Below the pieces are notes generated by a model that worked only from the letters and a program-made list of their open reading frames with translations, searched no databases and had not been told where the DNA came from. 51,455 nucleotides of DNA from Bacilli bacterium (GTDB lineage: Bacteria; Bacillota_I; Bacilli_A; ML615J-28; CAG-313), in contig JBJEEE010000019.1 in assembly GCA_051872775.1 (NCBI GenBank), forward strand, positions 1-51,455, in the 5' to 3' direction. Below, piece by piece: positions 1 to 8,035 of the stretch. The translations under genes and the position numbers were made by a program. Positions within the stretch are counted from its first letter, which is position 1. Each line of letters begins with the position of its first letter.

Positions 1-103
1 AGAGATTTCAAGCCAAATTAAAATGCTTGGCTCCGATGGAATATCGAAACCAAGCTTTACTGGCATAAATTTTTATTTTTATTATCTGTCTACTTGACAG
101 ACA
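1..103 (+). mobile_element. 3' end of an IS3-family insertion sequence (transposase C-terminus, truncated by the window edge)
   Basis: Frame 3, nt 3-68, reads RFQAKLKCLAPMEYRNQALLA then TAA. An L-x-P-(V/M)-EYR tail is the conserved C-terminus of IS3/IS150-group DDE transposases. It is followed by tctgtctacttgacagaca (85-103), with ctgtc/gacag pairing and a CA end, a plausible terminal repeat. The true element end cannot be fixed without the left end. Confidence 0.5.
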
Positions 104-172
104 TCAGTTCAAATCCTTTAAACTTTTTTTATTTTTTCCTTATAAATTAACAAAACATCTGTTTTAAATAGG

Positions 173-201
173 TTGCTAATTTTGTCGAATTATGGTATAA
201 T
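173..201 (+). promoter_or_regulatory. sigma-A type promoter for the lipid gene cluster
   Basis: TTGCTA (173-178), 17-nt spacer, TATAAT (196-201), with TG at 193-194 (extended -10). It lies 26 nt upstream of the ATG at 227. Confidence 0.6.
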
Positions 202-226
202 ATGATATATATAAAGGAGAAAAGGA

Positions 227-1099
227 ATGTTAAAAAAATTATTTTTTTGCTTAGGTATTATCACAACAATTATTTTATCATTTGTAATTGGACTTAATTC
301 ATGGTATGATTTTTATATTCCAATTCTAATCTTTGTAGGCAGTTATTTTGGTTATGCTGCTTTGTATATAATATTCATAGGGATTATATCACTCACCATT
401 AATACAAAGAAAGAATACGATAAACCCAATCGCTTTTATAAGTATTTAACAACAATTACTATGGAAATGTTGATTAATTTTGCTCATGTAAAACTAACAG
501 TTAAAGGTAAAGATTTAATGCCTAAAGATCAAAAGTATATGTTTGTATTTAATCATTGTTCTAATTTTGATCCCATTATTCAGTCATTTGTTTTTAGAAA
601 GCATAATTTAATTCATATATCAAAACCTGAAAACTTTAAAGTTCCCATCGCTGGTCCATTTATAAAAAGATGTGGTTACTTATCAATTGATCGAGAAAAT
701 GATAGGAACAGTATAAAGACTATTCTTAAAGCAATTCATTTAATTGAAAATCAAACGGCTTCAATCGGAGTAAGCCCAGAAGGCAAGAGAAATTTCAACG
801 GGGGATTATTACCATTTAGGCCAGGTTGTTTCAAAATAGCTTTAAAAGCAAAATGTCCAATTGTAATAGCAACAATGAGAAATACTACCCAAATACGCAA
901 GAATTTTCCATTCAAATCTACACCTGTCGAAATGAGAATTGTCAAAGTATTAGAATATGAACAAATCAAAGATTTATCTACAAATGAGATTTCACAAATT
1001 GTAAGAAAATATATATGCGATGATTTAGAAATAGTAGAAGAACCACTAGTAGATATGGCATCAAATTCCATACCAAACGGAGAAGAACAAAGTGCATAA
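227..1099 (+). CDS. 1-acyl-sn-glycerol-3-phosphate (lysophospholipid) acyltransferase, PlsC/LPLAT family, with two N-terminal TM helices
   Basis: HX4D motif NHCSNFD and the downstream SPEGKRN (PEG) motif. RBS aaaggag lies upstream. Confidence 0.8.
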   Translation: MLKKLFFCLGIITTIILSFVIGLNSWYDFYIPILIFVGSYFGYAALYIIFIGIISLTINTKKEYDKPNRFYKYLTTITMEMLINFAHVKLTVKGKDLMPKDQKYMFVFNHCSNFDPIIQSFVFRKHNLIHISKPENFKVPIAGPFIKRCGYLSIDRENDRNSIKTILKAIHLIENQTASIGVSPEGKRNFNGGLLPFRPGCFKIALKAKCPIVIATMRNTTQIRKNFPFKSTPVEMRIVKVLEYEQIKDLSTNEISQIVRKYICDDLEIVEEPLVDMASNSIPNGEEQSA

Positions 1100-1122
1100 T
1101 AGATAATAATTAAGGAGTAAAT

Positions 1123-1971
1123 ATGGTATATTATATATATAATCCAAAATCACATAATGGAAAAGTAGAAGAAATTGTAAACGAAAGAATTAAAGAATGT
1201 GATCAAGAGTATGCTAAAATAAATGTGTTTGAACCAATTGATTATCATGCTTTTTTATCGCAACTATCTAGTAGAGATGAAATAAATCTCTTTGGGGGCG
1301 ACGGAACCTTAAACCATTTTATTAATAATATTAAAAATGAGGATTTACCTTGTAGTGTATATTATCATGCATTTGGAACAGGCAATGATTTCTTTAGAGA
1401 TCTTGAAAAAACACCAAATATTGATCGTGTCTTAATCAATGACTACATAAAGAATCTACCTATAGTTACCGTTAATGGTAAAGAATATCGTTTTATTAAT
1501 GGGGTGGGTTTTGGTATTGATGGTTATTGTTGTGAAGAAGGAGATTGTCAAAAAAACAAAGGAAAGACTTCAGTCAACTATACCTCAATTGCAATAAAAG
1601 GCTTATTATTTAAATTTAAAACTCCATCTGCGAAGGTCACAGTTGATGGAGTGACAAAAGAATATAAGAAAGTATGGTTAGTTCCTACTATGAAAGGACG
1701 TTTCTATGGAGGAGGAATGATGGTGGCTCCTACCCAAGATCGTCATAGTGCAAATAATGAAGTATCAGTCGTTGTCCTACATAGTAGTTGCAAACTTAAA
1801 ACACTAATGATTTTCCCTTCCATATTTAAAGGAGAATTGGTTAATAAACCAAAGTATTGTGAAATAATTAAAGGAAATAATATAGAAGTAGAGTTCAGCC
1901 ATCCAACTGCTTTACAAATAGATGGTGAAACGATTAAAAATGTTATAAAGTATTCGGTGCGTACAAATTAA
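1123..1971 (+). CDS. diacylglycerol/lipid kinase family protein (DagK/YegS/BmrU-like)
   Basis: GGDGTLNHF and FGTGNDF motifs of the DAGK catalytic domain. RBS aaggag. Confidence 0.75.
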   Translation: MVYYIYNPKSHNGKVEEIVNERIKECDQEYAKINVFEPIDYHAFLSQLSSRDEINLFGGDGTLNHFINNIKNEDLPCSVYYHAFGTGNDFFRDLEKTPNIDRVLINDYIKNLPIVTVNGKEYRFINGVGFGIDGYCCEEGDCQKNKGKTSVNYTSIAIKGLLFKFKTPSAKVTVDGVTKEYKKVWLVPTMKGRFYGGGMMVAPTQDRHSANNEVSVVVLHSSCKLKTLMIFPSIFKGELVNKPKYCEIIKGNNIEVEFSHPTALQIDGETIKNVIKYSVRTN

Positions 1972-1980
1972 GGAGTTTTT

Positions 1981-2709
1981 ATGATTAGGTTTTATCTACT
2001 TATAGTTTTTAATCTTCATCTATGTGTCAATTTTTTAGTTGAATTAAAAAAAATAATTAAAAATATTGATCAATATGATGATGTATTCCGCTATAATTTT
2101 TGTCGAAATCTTATTAAATTAATAAATAAAAAAGGAAGAATAACGGTACTATCATATGGGCAAGAAAACTTACCTAAAGATGATGGATACGTGATGTATT
2201 CTAATCACCAAGGAAAGTATGACGCATTAGGTATAATCTCAACTCACGAAAGACCATGTAGGGTTGTGATTAAAAAGAACCGTGGTAAAGCTATTTTAAT
2301 GAGACAATTCTTAGAAGTTTTAGGCGCCAAAAAATTAGAAGTAGGTAATTTGAAAGGATCAATCCAATTATTTAGAGAAGTTCAACAAGAACTATTAGAA
2401 GGTAAAAATTACTTAATTTTTCCGGAAGGGATTTTCTATGACAACAAAAACACTTTGTTGGAATTCCATACTGGTTGTATGCGTTTCCTGAAGGATGTAA
2501 AATGTCCTATTGTACCTATAGCAATATATGATACCTATAAAGTTTTTAATGTCAATTCATTAAAGAAAGTAACCTGCGAGGTACATTATCTTGATCCTAT
2601 TTATTATGATGAATACAAGGAGTTATCAAAACCTGAAATTGCAGCTTTAATTAAAAGTAAAATTCAGGCAAAACTTGAAGAACGGACATTATTTTATAGT
2701 GTAAAATAA
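1981..2709 (+). CDS. second PlsC/LPLAT-family acyltransferase
   Basis: HX4D motif NHQGKYD and an FPEG motif. RBS aaggag. It starts 9 nt after the kinase gene. Confidence 0.75.
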   Translation: MIRFYLLIVFNLHLCVNFLVELKKIIKNIDQYDDVFRYNFCRNLIKLINKKGRITVLSYGQENLPKDDGYVMYSNHQGKYDALGIISTHERPCRVVIKKNRGKAILMRQFLEVLGAKKLEVGNLKGSIQLFREVQQELLEGKNYLIFPEGIFYDNKNTLLEFHTGCMRFLKDVKCPIVPIAIYDTYKVFNVNSLKKVTCEVHYLDPIYYDEYKELSKPEIAALIKSKIQAKLEERTLFYSVK

Positions 2710-2726
2710 AATGGGGGGATACTTAA

Positions 2727-3491
2727 ATGTATATTGATACACATGTGCATTTAAATAGTAATAATTTATATATACGTTTAAACGATGTCATTAATGCAGC
2801 CTTTAATAACAACGTAAAAAAGTTTATTGTAGTCGGTTATAATCTTGAAACATCAAAGAAAGCTATTGAACTTTCGGAGAAATATGAGTGTTGTTATGCT
2901 GCTATAGGATTTCATCCTACTGAGATTAAAGGTTATGGTGAAGACGAGTATGCTTGGTTAGAAAAAGCTTCAAGCCATCCCAAAGTAGTTGCTATCGGTG
3001 AGGTTGGATACGATTTTCACTGGGATACAACAACCAAAGAAGAACAAACAGAAGCATTTAAACGTCAAATTAAAATTGCGATAAAGCACAACTTACCACT
3101 GATTATTCATAGTCGTGATGCTATGCAATTAACATATGATACTTTGAAACAAGAAAATGCGCAAAAAGTAGGTGGCGTAATACATTCATATAGTGGCAGT
3201 AGTGAAATGGCTAAAGAGTTTATTAAGATTGATTTTAGACTTGGTATTTCTGGTCCTGTAACTTTTAAAAATGGAAAAACAATGAAAGATGTGGTTTCGA
3301 AAATTGATTTAAAATATTTGTTAACAGAGACTGATTCACCATATCTTGCACCACATCCTTTTAGGGGACAAGAAAACGAACCCAAGAATATTGCTATAAT
3401 TGTAGAAGAAATAGCAAAAATAAAAAATATTTCAGTTGAAACTATAGAAAAAACTATGGAAGAAAACGTTAAAAATTTATTTGGGGTGTGA
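2727..3491 (+). CDS. tatD: TatD-family metal-dependent hydrolase/DNase
   Basis: N-terminal YIDTHVHLN, plus later GEVGYDFHW, IIHSRDA and ETDSPYLAP motifs typical of TatD/YabD. Confidence 0.85.
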   Translation: MYIDTHVHLNSNNLYIRLNDVINAAFNNNVKKFIVVGYNLETSKKAIELSEKYECCYAAIGFHPTEIKGYGEDEYAWLEKASSHPKVVAIGEVGYDFHWDTTTKEEQTEAFKRQIKIAIKHNLPLIIHSRDAMQLTYDTLKQENAQKVGGVIHSYSGSSEMAKEFIKIDFRLGISGPVTFKNGKTMKDVVSKIDLKYLLTETDSPYLAPHPFRGQENEPKNIAIIVEEIAKIKNISVETIEKTMEENVKNLFGV

Positions 3492-3495
3492 TTTA

Positions 3496-4266
3496 ATGAA
3501 AAAAATAAAGTTTCTAATTATTGCTTTATTTTCCGTTTGTTGCATTTTACTTACGGGATGTACAAGCGATTCTTATATAAACGAAATTGTAACAAAAAAA
3601 GTGGAATATGAAGAAAATATTACCATATATGATTTAGAAGATGCCTTGGTTGAGGCTGTTTCAAAAGCATCTCCATCTGTAATCGGGGTAGAAGCATCAC
3701 TAGGATTTAATTCTGGTTTTGGTAGTGGCGTAATTATCAAACATGTTGCATCGAGTAATACATATTATGTTGTAACTAATTATCATGTTGTTACTTATAA
3801 TGATAGAATGTGCTCAAAGATATTGGTATATTTAGGTGATTATGATGAAACAATTGTTGCTAATTGTGTTGAATATAGTAAAACCATTGATATTGCAATT
3901 TTAAGTTTTAGAAGTTATCGTGAATTGACATGTGCTTCAATTGGTGATAGTACAACATATAGTAAAGGACGTTTTGCCATAGCTATTGGTAGTCCCTATG
4001 ATTTAAAAACATTTTATGATTCGGTAACAATTGGAAATGTCTCAGATCCTTGTCGTCAATGCTTAGATGATAATAATAATTTAAACTATTATATCCAACA
4101 TACCGCAGCCATCAATGGTGGTAATAGCGGTGGAGGACTATTTGACCTTCACGGTAATTTAATGGGAATAAATACTTGGAAATATGCGGAAGTGGATATC
4201 GAGGGAATGGGCTTTTCAGTACCTATTCATATTGTAAAAGAACATTTCGCAAAATATTTTGCGTAA
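3496..4266 (+). CDS. trypsin-like (S1, HtrA-related, no PDZ) serine protease lipoprotein
   Basis: Start moved to the MKK at 3496, with RBS ggggtg. Lipobox LLTGC. Catalytic triad contexts are NYHVV, DIAIL and GNSGGGLFD. Confidence 0.75.
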   Translation: MKKIKFLIIALFSVCCILLTGCTSDSYINEIVTKKVEYEENITIYDLEDALVEAVSKASPSVIGVEASLGFNSGFGSGVIIKHVASSNTYYVVTNYHVVTYNDRMCSKILVYLGDYDETIVANCVEYSKTIDIAILSFRSYRELTCASIGDSTTYSKGRFAIAIGSPYDLKTFYDSVTIGNVSDPCRQCLDDNNNLNYYIQHTAAINGGNSGGGLFDLHGNLMGINTWKYAEVDIEGMGFSVPIHIVKEHFAKYFA

Positions 4267-4321
4267 ATCAAAATGCAAAAATAAAGAAATTAATTTAAAA
4301 AAATAATATAATATATATAAT

Positions 4322-4408
4322 ATGGGGGCTTGGAGAACCAGGCTGAGATAATCTTTGATACTAAGATTGACCAATAACTTGATCTAGGTAATTCTAGCGT
4401 AAGGAAAT
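4322..4408 (+). promoter_or_regulatory. TPP (THI-box) riboswitch aptamer
   Basis: ggggc...ggCTGAGAt...gACC...aacTTGATCTAGGTAATTCTAGCGTAAGGAA matches the conserved CUGAGA and ACCUGAUCUGGAUAAUGCCAGCG-AGGGA cores. It sits upstream of thiT. Confidence 0.85.
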
Positions 4409-4422
4409 AAACAGCTTCTTTA

Positions 4423-4459
4423 TCCTTTTTGATGTTGCCTAGTCAAGAAGGATTTTTTT
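4423..4459 (+). terminator. riboswitch expression-platform terminator
   Basis: tcctttttga (4423-4432) pairs with tcaagaagga (4443-4452), 10 bp with one G-U, followed by T7 (4453-4459). It ends just before the thiT RBS. Confidence 0.7.
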
Positions 4460-4470
4460 AGGAGGTAAAA

Positions 4471-5094
4471 ATGAAAAAAAGTTTTAATTTAACAGTGCTT
4501 GCGGAAATAGCTATCTTTAGCGCACTTGCTTTTGCGTTAGATATTTTCCAAAGTGGCTTATTTAGAGGTGTTTTCACAAACGGTGGTTCGATAGGTATTG
4601 CAATGTTACCAGTATTAATCATTAGTTATCGTCGTGGATTTGTGCCAGGATTGATTTGTGGTATTATTACTAGTTTTTTACAAATGTTAGGTGGAGTATA
4701 TGCCATTGCATCAGTATGGTATAATATGCTATTACAAATATTACTTGATTATGTTCTAACATATCCACTAGTTGCTTTTGCTGGTCTTTTCGCAAAAAGT
4801 TTTCAAAAAGCAACAACCAATAAAGCACGTTTAACATACTTATGTATTGGTAGTGTTCTTGGTGGTTTATTAAAGTTTTTATCACACTTTTTAGCAGGTG
4901 TATTATTCTGGCAAAACTTTGACTTTGTCGGTGGTCCTGCAGTTTATAGTTTAGTCTATAATGGTGGATATATGTTACCGAATATTATTATTTGTACAGT
5001 GATTCTTGTTATTTTGTGTATAAAACAACCATCAATTTTAATCCCTGATTATAAACAACCAAAAGTTGAAGAAGGAGGAACAGCCCATGAATAA
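4471..5094 (+). CDS. thiT: thiamine transporter ThiT (ECF-type S component, YuaJ-like)
   Basis: Six-TM protein whose N-terminus LTVLAEIAIFSALAFALD...GGSIGIAMLPVLIISYRRG resembles ThiT/YuaJ. It is directly controlled by the TPP riboswitch. Confidence 0.8.
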   Translation: MKKSFNLTVLAEIAIFSALAFALDIFQSGLFRGVFTNGGSIGIAMLPVLIISYRRGFVPGLICGIITSFLQMLGGVYAIASVWYNMLLQILLDYVLTYPLVAFAGLFAKSFQKATTNKARLTYLCIGSVLGGLLKFLSHFLAGVLFWQNFDFVGGPAVYSLVYNGGYMLPNIIICTVILVILCIKQPSILIPDYKQPKVEEGGTAHE

Positions 5095-5518
5095 TTCACT
5101 TAAAACAACCAAAAATATTATTAATATTGTCCTTGGTGCATTCGTCTTAATTGTTAGTTTTGTTTATTTCATTAAGAGTAAAGAAGTTTGGGCAGATGAA
5201 TATGGAACAGATATTTCCTTTAATAGTGATTATGTTGTTGCTATGATAATTGGAGTAATCATCTCAGTTCATGGTGTTGCACAACTATTAAATAGTAATC
5301 CATTTACATCTGTTATATGTAATATAACTGCATCAGGAGTAATATGTTTTTATTCCTTAGGTTGTTTCTTCAAACCTTTAATGAAAGCTTTATCAAAAAA
5401 TGTTGCTTTTGAGTTCGTTAATTATCAAGCCTATTTATACATTGGTATATTAACTTTAATTTTATTTGCATATTATATTGTTAGTTATTTTGATATAAAA
5501 AAACAAAATAATAAATAA
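5087..5518 (+). CDS. hypothetical 4-TM membrane protein (143 aa) translationally coupled to thiT
   Basis: The ATG at 5087 overlaps the thiT end by 8 nt. There are four hydrophobic segments and no recognisable motif. Confidence 0.5.
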   Translation: MNNSLKTTKNIINIVLGAFVLIVSFVYFIKSKEVWADEYGTDISFNSDYVVAMIIGVIISVHGVAQLLNSNPFTSVICNITASGVICFYSLGCFFKPLMKALSKNVAFEFVNYQAYLYIGILTLILFAYYIVSYFDIKKQNNK

Positions 5519-5524
5519 ATTAAA

Positions 5525-5557
5525 ATGTTCTATAATAGATTTACTATTATAGAACAT
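5525..5557. terminator. bidirectional terminator between convergent genes
   Basis: Perfect 14-bp stem: atgttctataatag (5525-5538) pairs with ctattatagaacat (5544-5557). It is flanked by A-run and T-run. The right arm overlaps the last codons of the PBP gene. Confidence 0.75.
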
Positions 5558-7508
5558 TTTTTTCGCCATAAAGAAGTAATATATACCAAGGAATATTGTT
5601 CTTATTAAAATACATTGGTTTACTATATTCAGAGAATGAGGGATAAAATCCTGTCATTGGATTTAAATCAATACTAATAATATCAGGTGGTGTTTCATAC
5701 CATGTACCTTGATTTTGATTATATCCTTCAACAATATCAGCCCAGATATATTTGCCAAAACGTAAGTCACTTGTCTTTTCAATAATACGATTATCATCAT
5801 ATCCTGTCCATACACACGCAACAATATCTTGATTATAACCAACCATCCAGTTGTCTGTATCAGTTGAACCGCTTTTACCAGCATATTTATGTGATAATAA
5901 ACTTGCAATCGTCGCACCAGTTGGTCTAATATTATAGGTCAATCGATTATCAAAAATCGAAGTCATTGTTTCATTCAGCAAATAAACATCGTTTTTTGAG
6001 GCTATTTCTTTAGTCTTTGTCTTTACTTCATATAAAACATCGCCATCAAATGTTTCAATTTTAGTTATGAGAGTCGGTGTCTTTTTTATACCTTCGTTAG
6101 CAAGAATAGCATAAGCTTCAGTAAGTTCTTTAACGCTCACCTCTTTAGTTCCTAATGCAAGGGAAGGAAGATCGTTTGGAATATTTCCACTAAAGCCAAA
6201 CCTTCTAAGGGTGTTTGCTAGAACATCGGGTCCAAGAAATAAATGAGTCTTCATTGCATAGATATTATCGCTTGTCGCAATAGCATAAAGCATCGAAACA
6301 TCCATATTAGCGTAAATACTTGCAAAATTTGTAGGTGAGTAGGCGGTGCCATGATAGTAAAAGGTGGTCGCTTCACTCTTAAAAGTTGTAGCTGGCGTAA
6401 ATCCGTTTTCTAAAGCACTTAAGTATAAGAAAGGTTTAATAGTAGAACCAGGTTGTCTAATACTACTTACAGCTCGATTATAAGAACTTTGTTCATAATC
6501 TTTTCCACCAATCATTGCTAAAACATACCCATTTTGAGGATTCATTGCATAACATGCTACTTCAATGTCGGTGTTAGGAATGCGATTATTAATACTTTTA
6601 ACCATGGTTTGATAAAGATCACTATTTAAGGTTGTATAAATTTTTAATCCTTTATAAGCAACACTTAAAATATCAGGATGATTCTTTAATTCATCAATGA
6701 CAGCATCTTGGAAATAAGGAGCATTAGTTGCTTGAATGTTTTGATTTATACCTACTAATTTAGGGTGTTCTGTTAGTGCTTCTTCATACTCATCTTTTGT
6801 TATCACTTTATCATTATACATTTCATCAAGAATTAGCAAAACTCGCTCTTCGTTTTTTACGGGATTCTTAAGAGGAGAATATATGGTTGGACCTTTAGGA
6901 ATAGCCGCAAGTATTGCACTTTCTTTTAAAGTTAAGTCTGAAGCATGTTTGTTAAAATAGAAAATACTTGCATCTTCAATTCCATACATACCATGGTCAA
7001 AATATATCGCGTTTAAATATCCTTCTAAGATTTCATCTTTAGAGTAAATACTTTCAAATTTTACAGCTATCATTGCTTCATTTATCTTTCGTTTAAAAGT
7101 TTGTTCACTATTTAGAAATAGTGTCTTAACGTATTGTTGTGTAATGGTTGATCCACCTTCTGTTATACCATTAGACTTAAGATTTGCCACAATAGCGCCA
7201 CCAATTCTAATAATGTCAATACCATGATGGTTATAAAATCGTTTATCTTCAATTGAAATAAAAGCTTTCTGAATATAAGAAGATATATTGCTAAGCTTAA
7301 CGTATGATTGTTTTTTATTATTACTATAACTTAAATACTTAATTCCCCTATCATCATATAGTTCAATATTAGTAATCTGGGGCATTGTATAATTTAAATT
7401 ATAAGTAATAATGCAAAACGTAATCACAATACCAATAAAAACGATGGTGCTGATTCCTACAACCCATCGCAAAATTCGATTTATTATAAATTTTTTTTGC
7501 TTTTTCAT
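5547..7508 (-). CDS. class A penicillin-binding protein (bifunctional glycosyltransferase/transpeptidase)
   Basis: GT51 motifs EDKRFYNHHGID, GGSTITQQ and RKINE. Transpeptidase motifs STIK (SxxK), SDN (SxN) and KSG (KTG variant). N-terminal TM anchor. Confidence 0.9.
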   Translation of the reverse strand: MKKQKKFIINRILRWVVGISTIVFIGIVITFCIITYNLNYTMPQITNIELYDDRGIKYLSYSNNKKQSYVKLSNISSYIQKAFISIEDKRFYNHHGIDIIRIGGAIVANLKSNGITEGGSTITQQYVKTLFLNSEQTFKRKINEAMIAVKFESIYSKDEILEGYLNAIYFDHGMYGIEDASIFYFNKHASDLTLKESAILAAIPKGPTIYSPLKNPVKNEERVLLILDEMYNDKVITKDEYEEALTEHPKLVGINQNIQATNAPYFQDAVIDELKNHPDILSVAYKGLKIYTTLNSDLYQTMVKSINNRIPNTDIEVACYAMNPQNGYVLAMIGGKDYEQSSYNRAVSSIRQPGSTIKPFLYLSALENGFTPATTFKSEATTFYYHGTAYSPTNFASIYANMDVSMLYAIATSDNIYAMKTHLFLGPDVLANTLRRFGFSGNIPNDLPSLALGTKEVSVKELTEAYAILANEGIKKTPTLITKIETFDGDVLYEVKTKTKEIASKNDVYLLNETMTSIFDNRLTYNIRPTGATIASLLSHKYAGKSGSTDTDNWMVGYNQDIVACVWTGYDDNRIIEKTSDLRFGKYIWADIVEGYNQNQGTWYETPPDIISIDLNPMTGFYPSFSEYSKPMYFNKNNIPWYILLLYGEKNVL

Positions 7509-7563
7509 GTAATCCTCGCAATTAATAATATTCTATTAATTAGGATTACTCAAAAATTATAAA

Positions 7564-7884
7564 TTATTCATTTTCATAAATATTTTGCAAAACTTCTTTT
7601 ATTTTATTATAACTTGTATAATAAATATTTTCATATGTTGTTTGATAAAAACAATTTGTTACGGGAACGCCGTGTTCATGAAGGATATTTGTCTGTTTAA
7701 AATTACTAACAAGAGTTATGTCAGTAATGATTAGATAATCGAAAATATAAATCATTTGTTTTGTTTTCAAATGGTTATCATCAATTAGTTCAATTGGTTC
7801 ATTTATTGTAAATGTATCATCTGAAAAACTATCTATTATATTTGATAAAATAATAATTTGTTTTACTTCTTCCATTTCATTCAC
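7564..7884 (-). CDS. hypothetical protein (103-106 aa) upstream of the PBP gene
   Basis: The ORF starts at GTG 7884; an alternative ATG at 7875 is preceded by gggtga. No motif recognised. Confidence 0.4.
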   Translation of the reverse strand: MNEMEEVKQIIILSNIIDSFSDDTFTINEPIELIDDNHLKTKQMIYIFDYLIITDITLVSNFKQTNILHEHGVPVTNCFYQTTYENIYYTSYNKIKEVLQNIYENE

Positions 7885-7979
7885 CCATTATGATTATAGC
7901 ATAATTTGTCATATTTTTTTGCATTTTTGCAAGAAATAAACTAGAAATGAAAACGCTTGTATAAAGTAAAGTCTTTTGA

Positions 7980-8008
7980 TTGCGTAAATTAAAAAAATTT
8001 AATATAAT
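7980..8008 (+). promoter_or_regulatory. sigma-A type promoter of the large lipoprotein gene
   Basis: TTGCGT (7980-7985), 17 nt, TATAAT (8003-8008). Confidence 0.5.
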
Positions 8009-8035
8009 GTAGTATGAAGAAAAGAGGAGAGAATA

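Noticed and set aside
751-1071. Antisense or alternate-frame ORFs of 60-122 aa nested inside long genes. Examples are 751-1071, 3107-3385, 4670-4885, 5663-5917, 8486-8668, 12363-12722, 12798-13094, 16014-16342, 18695-18886, 21356-21619, 25716-25946, 28682-29839, 32503-32697, 35206-35388, 37198-37383, 41801-43615, 44168-44386, 45566-45754, 46839-47024 and 50061-50914.
   Set aside because: All lie fully within well-supported genes on the opposite strand or in another frame. They lack RBS sequences and have the low-complexity, Ile/Leu/Ser/Phe-rich composition expected of shadow ORFs in AT-rich DNA.
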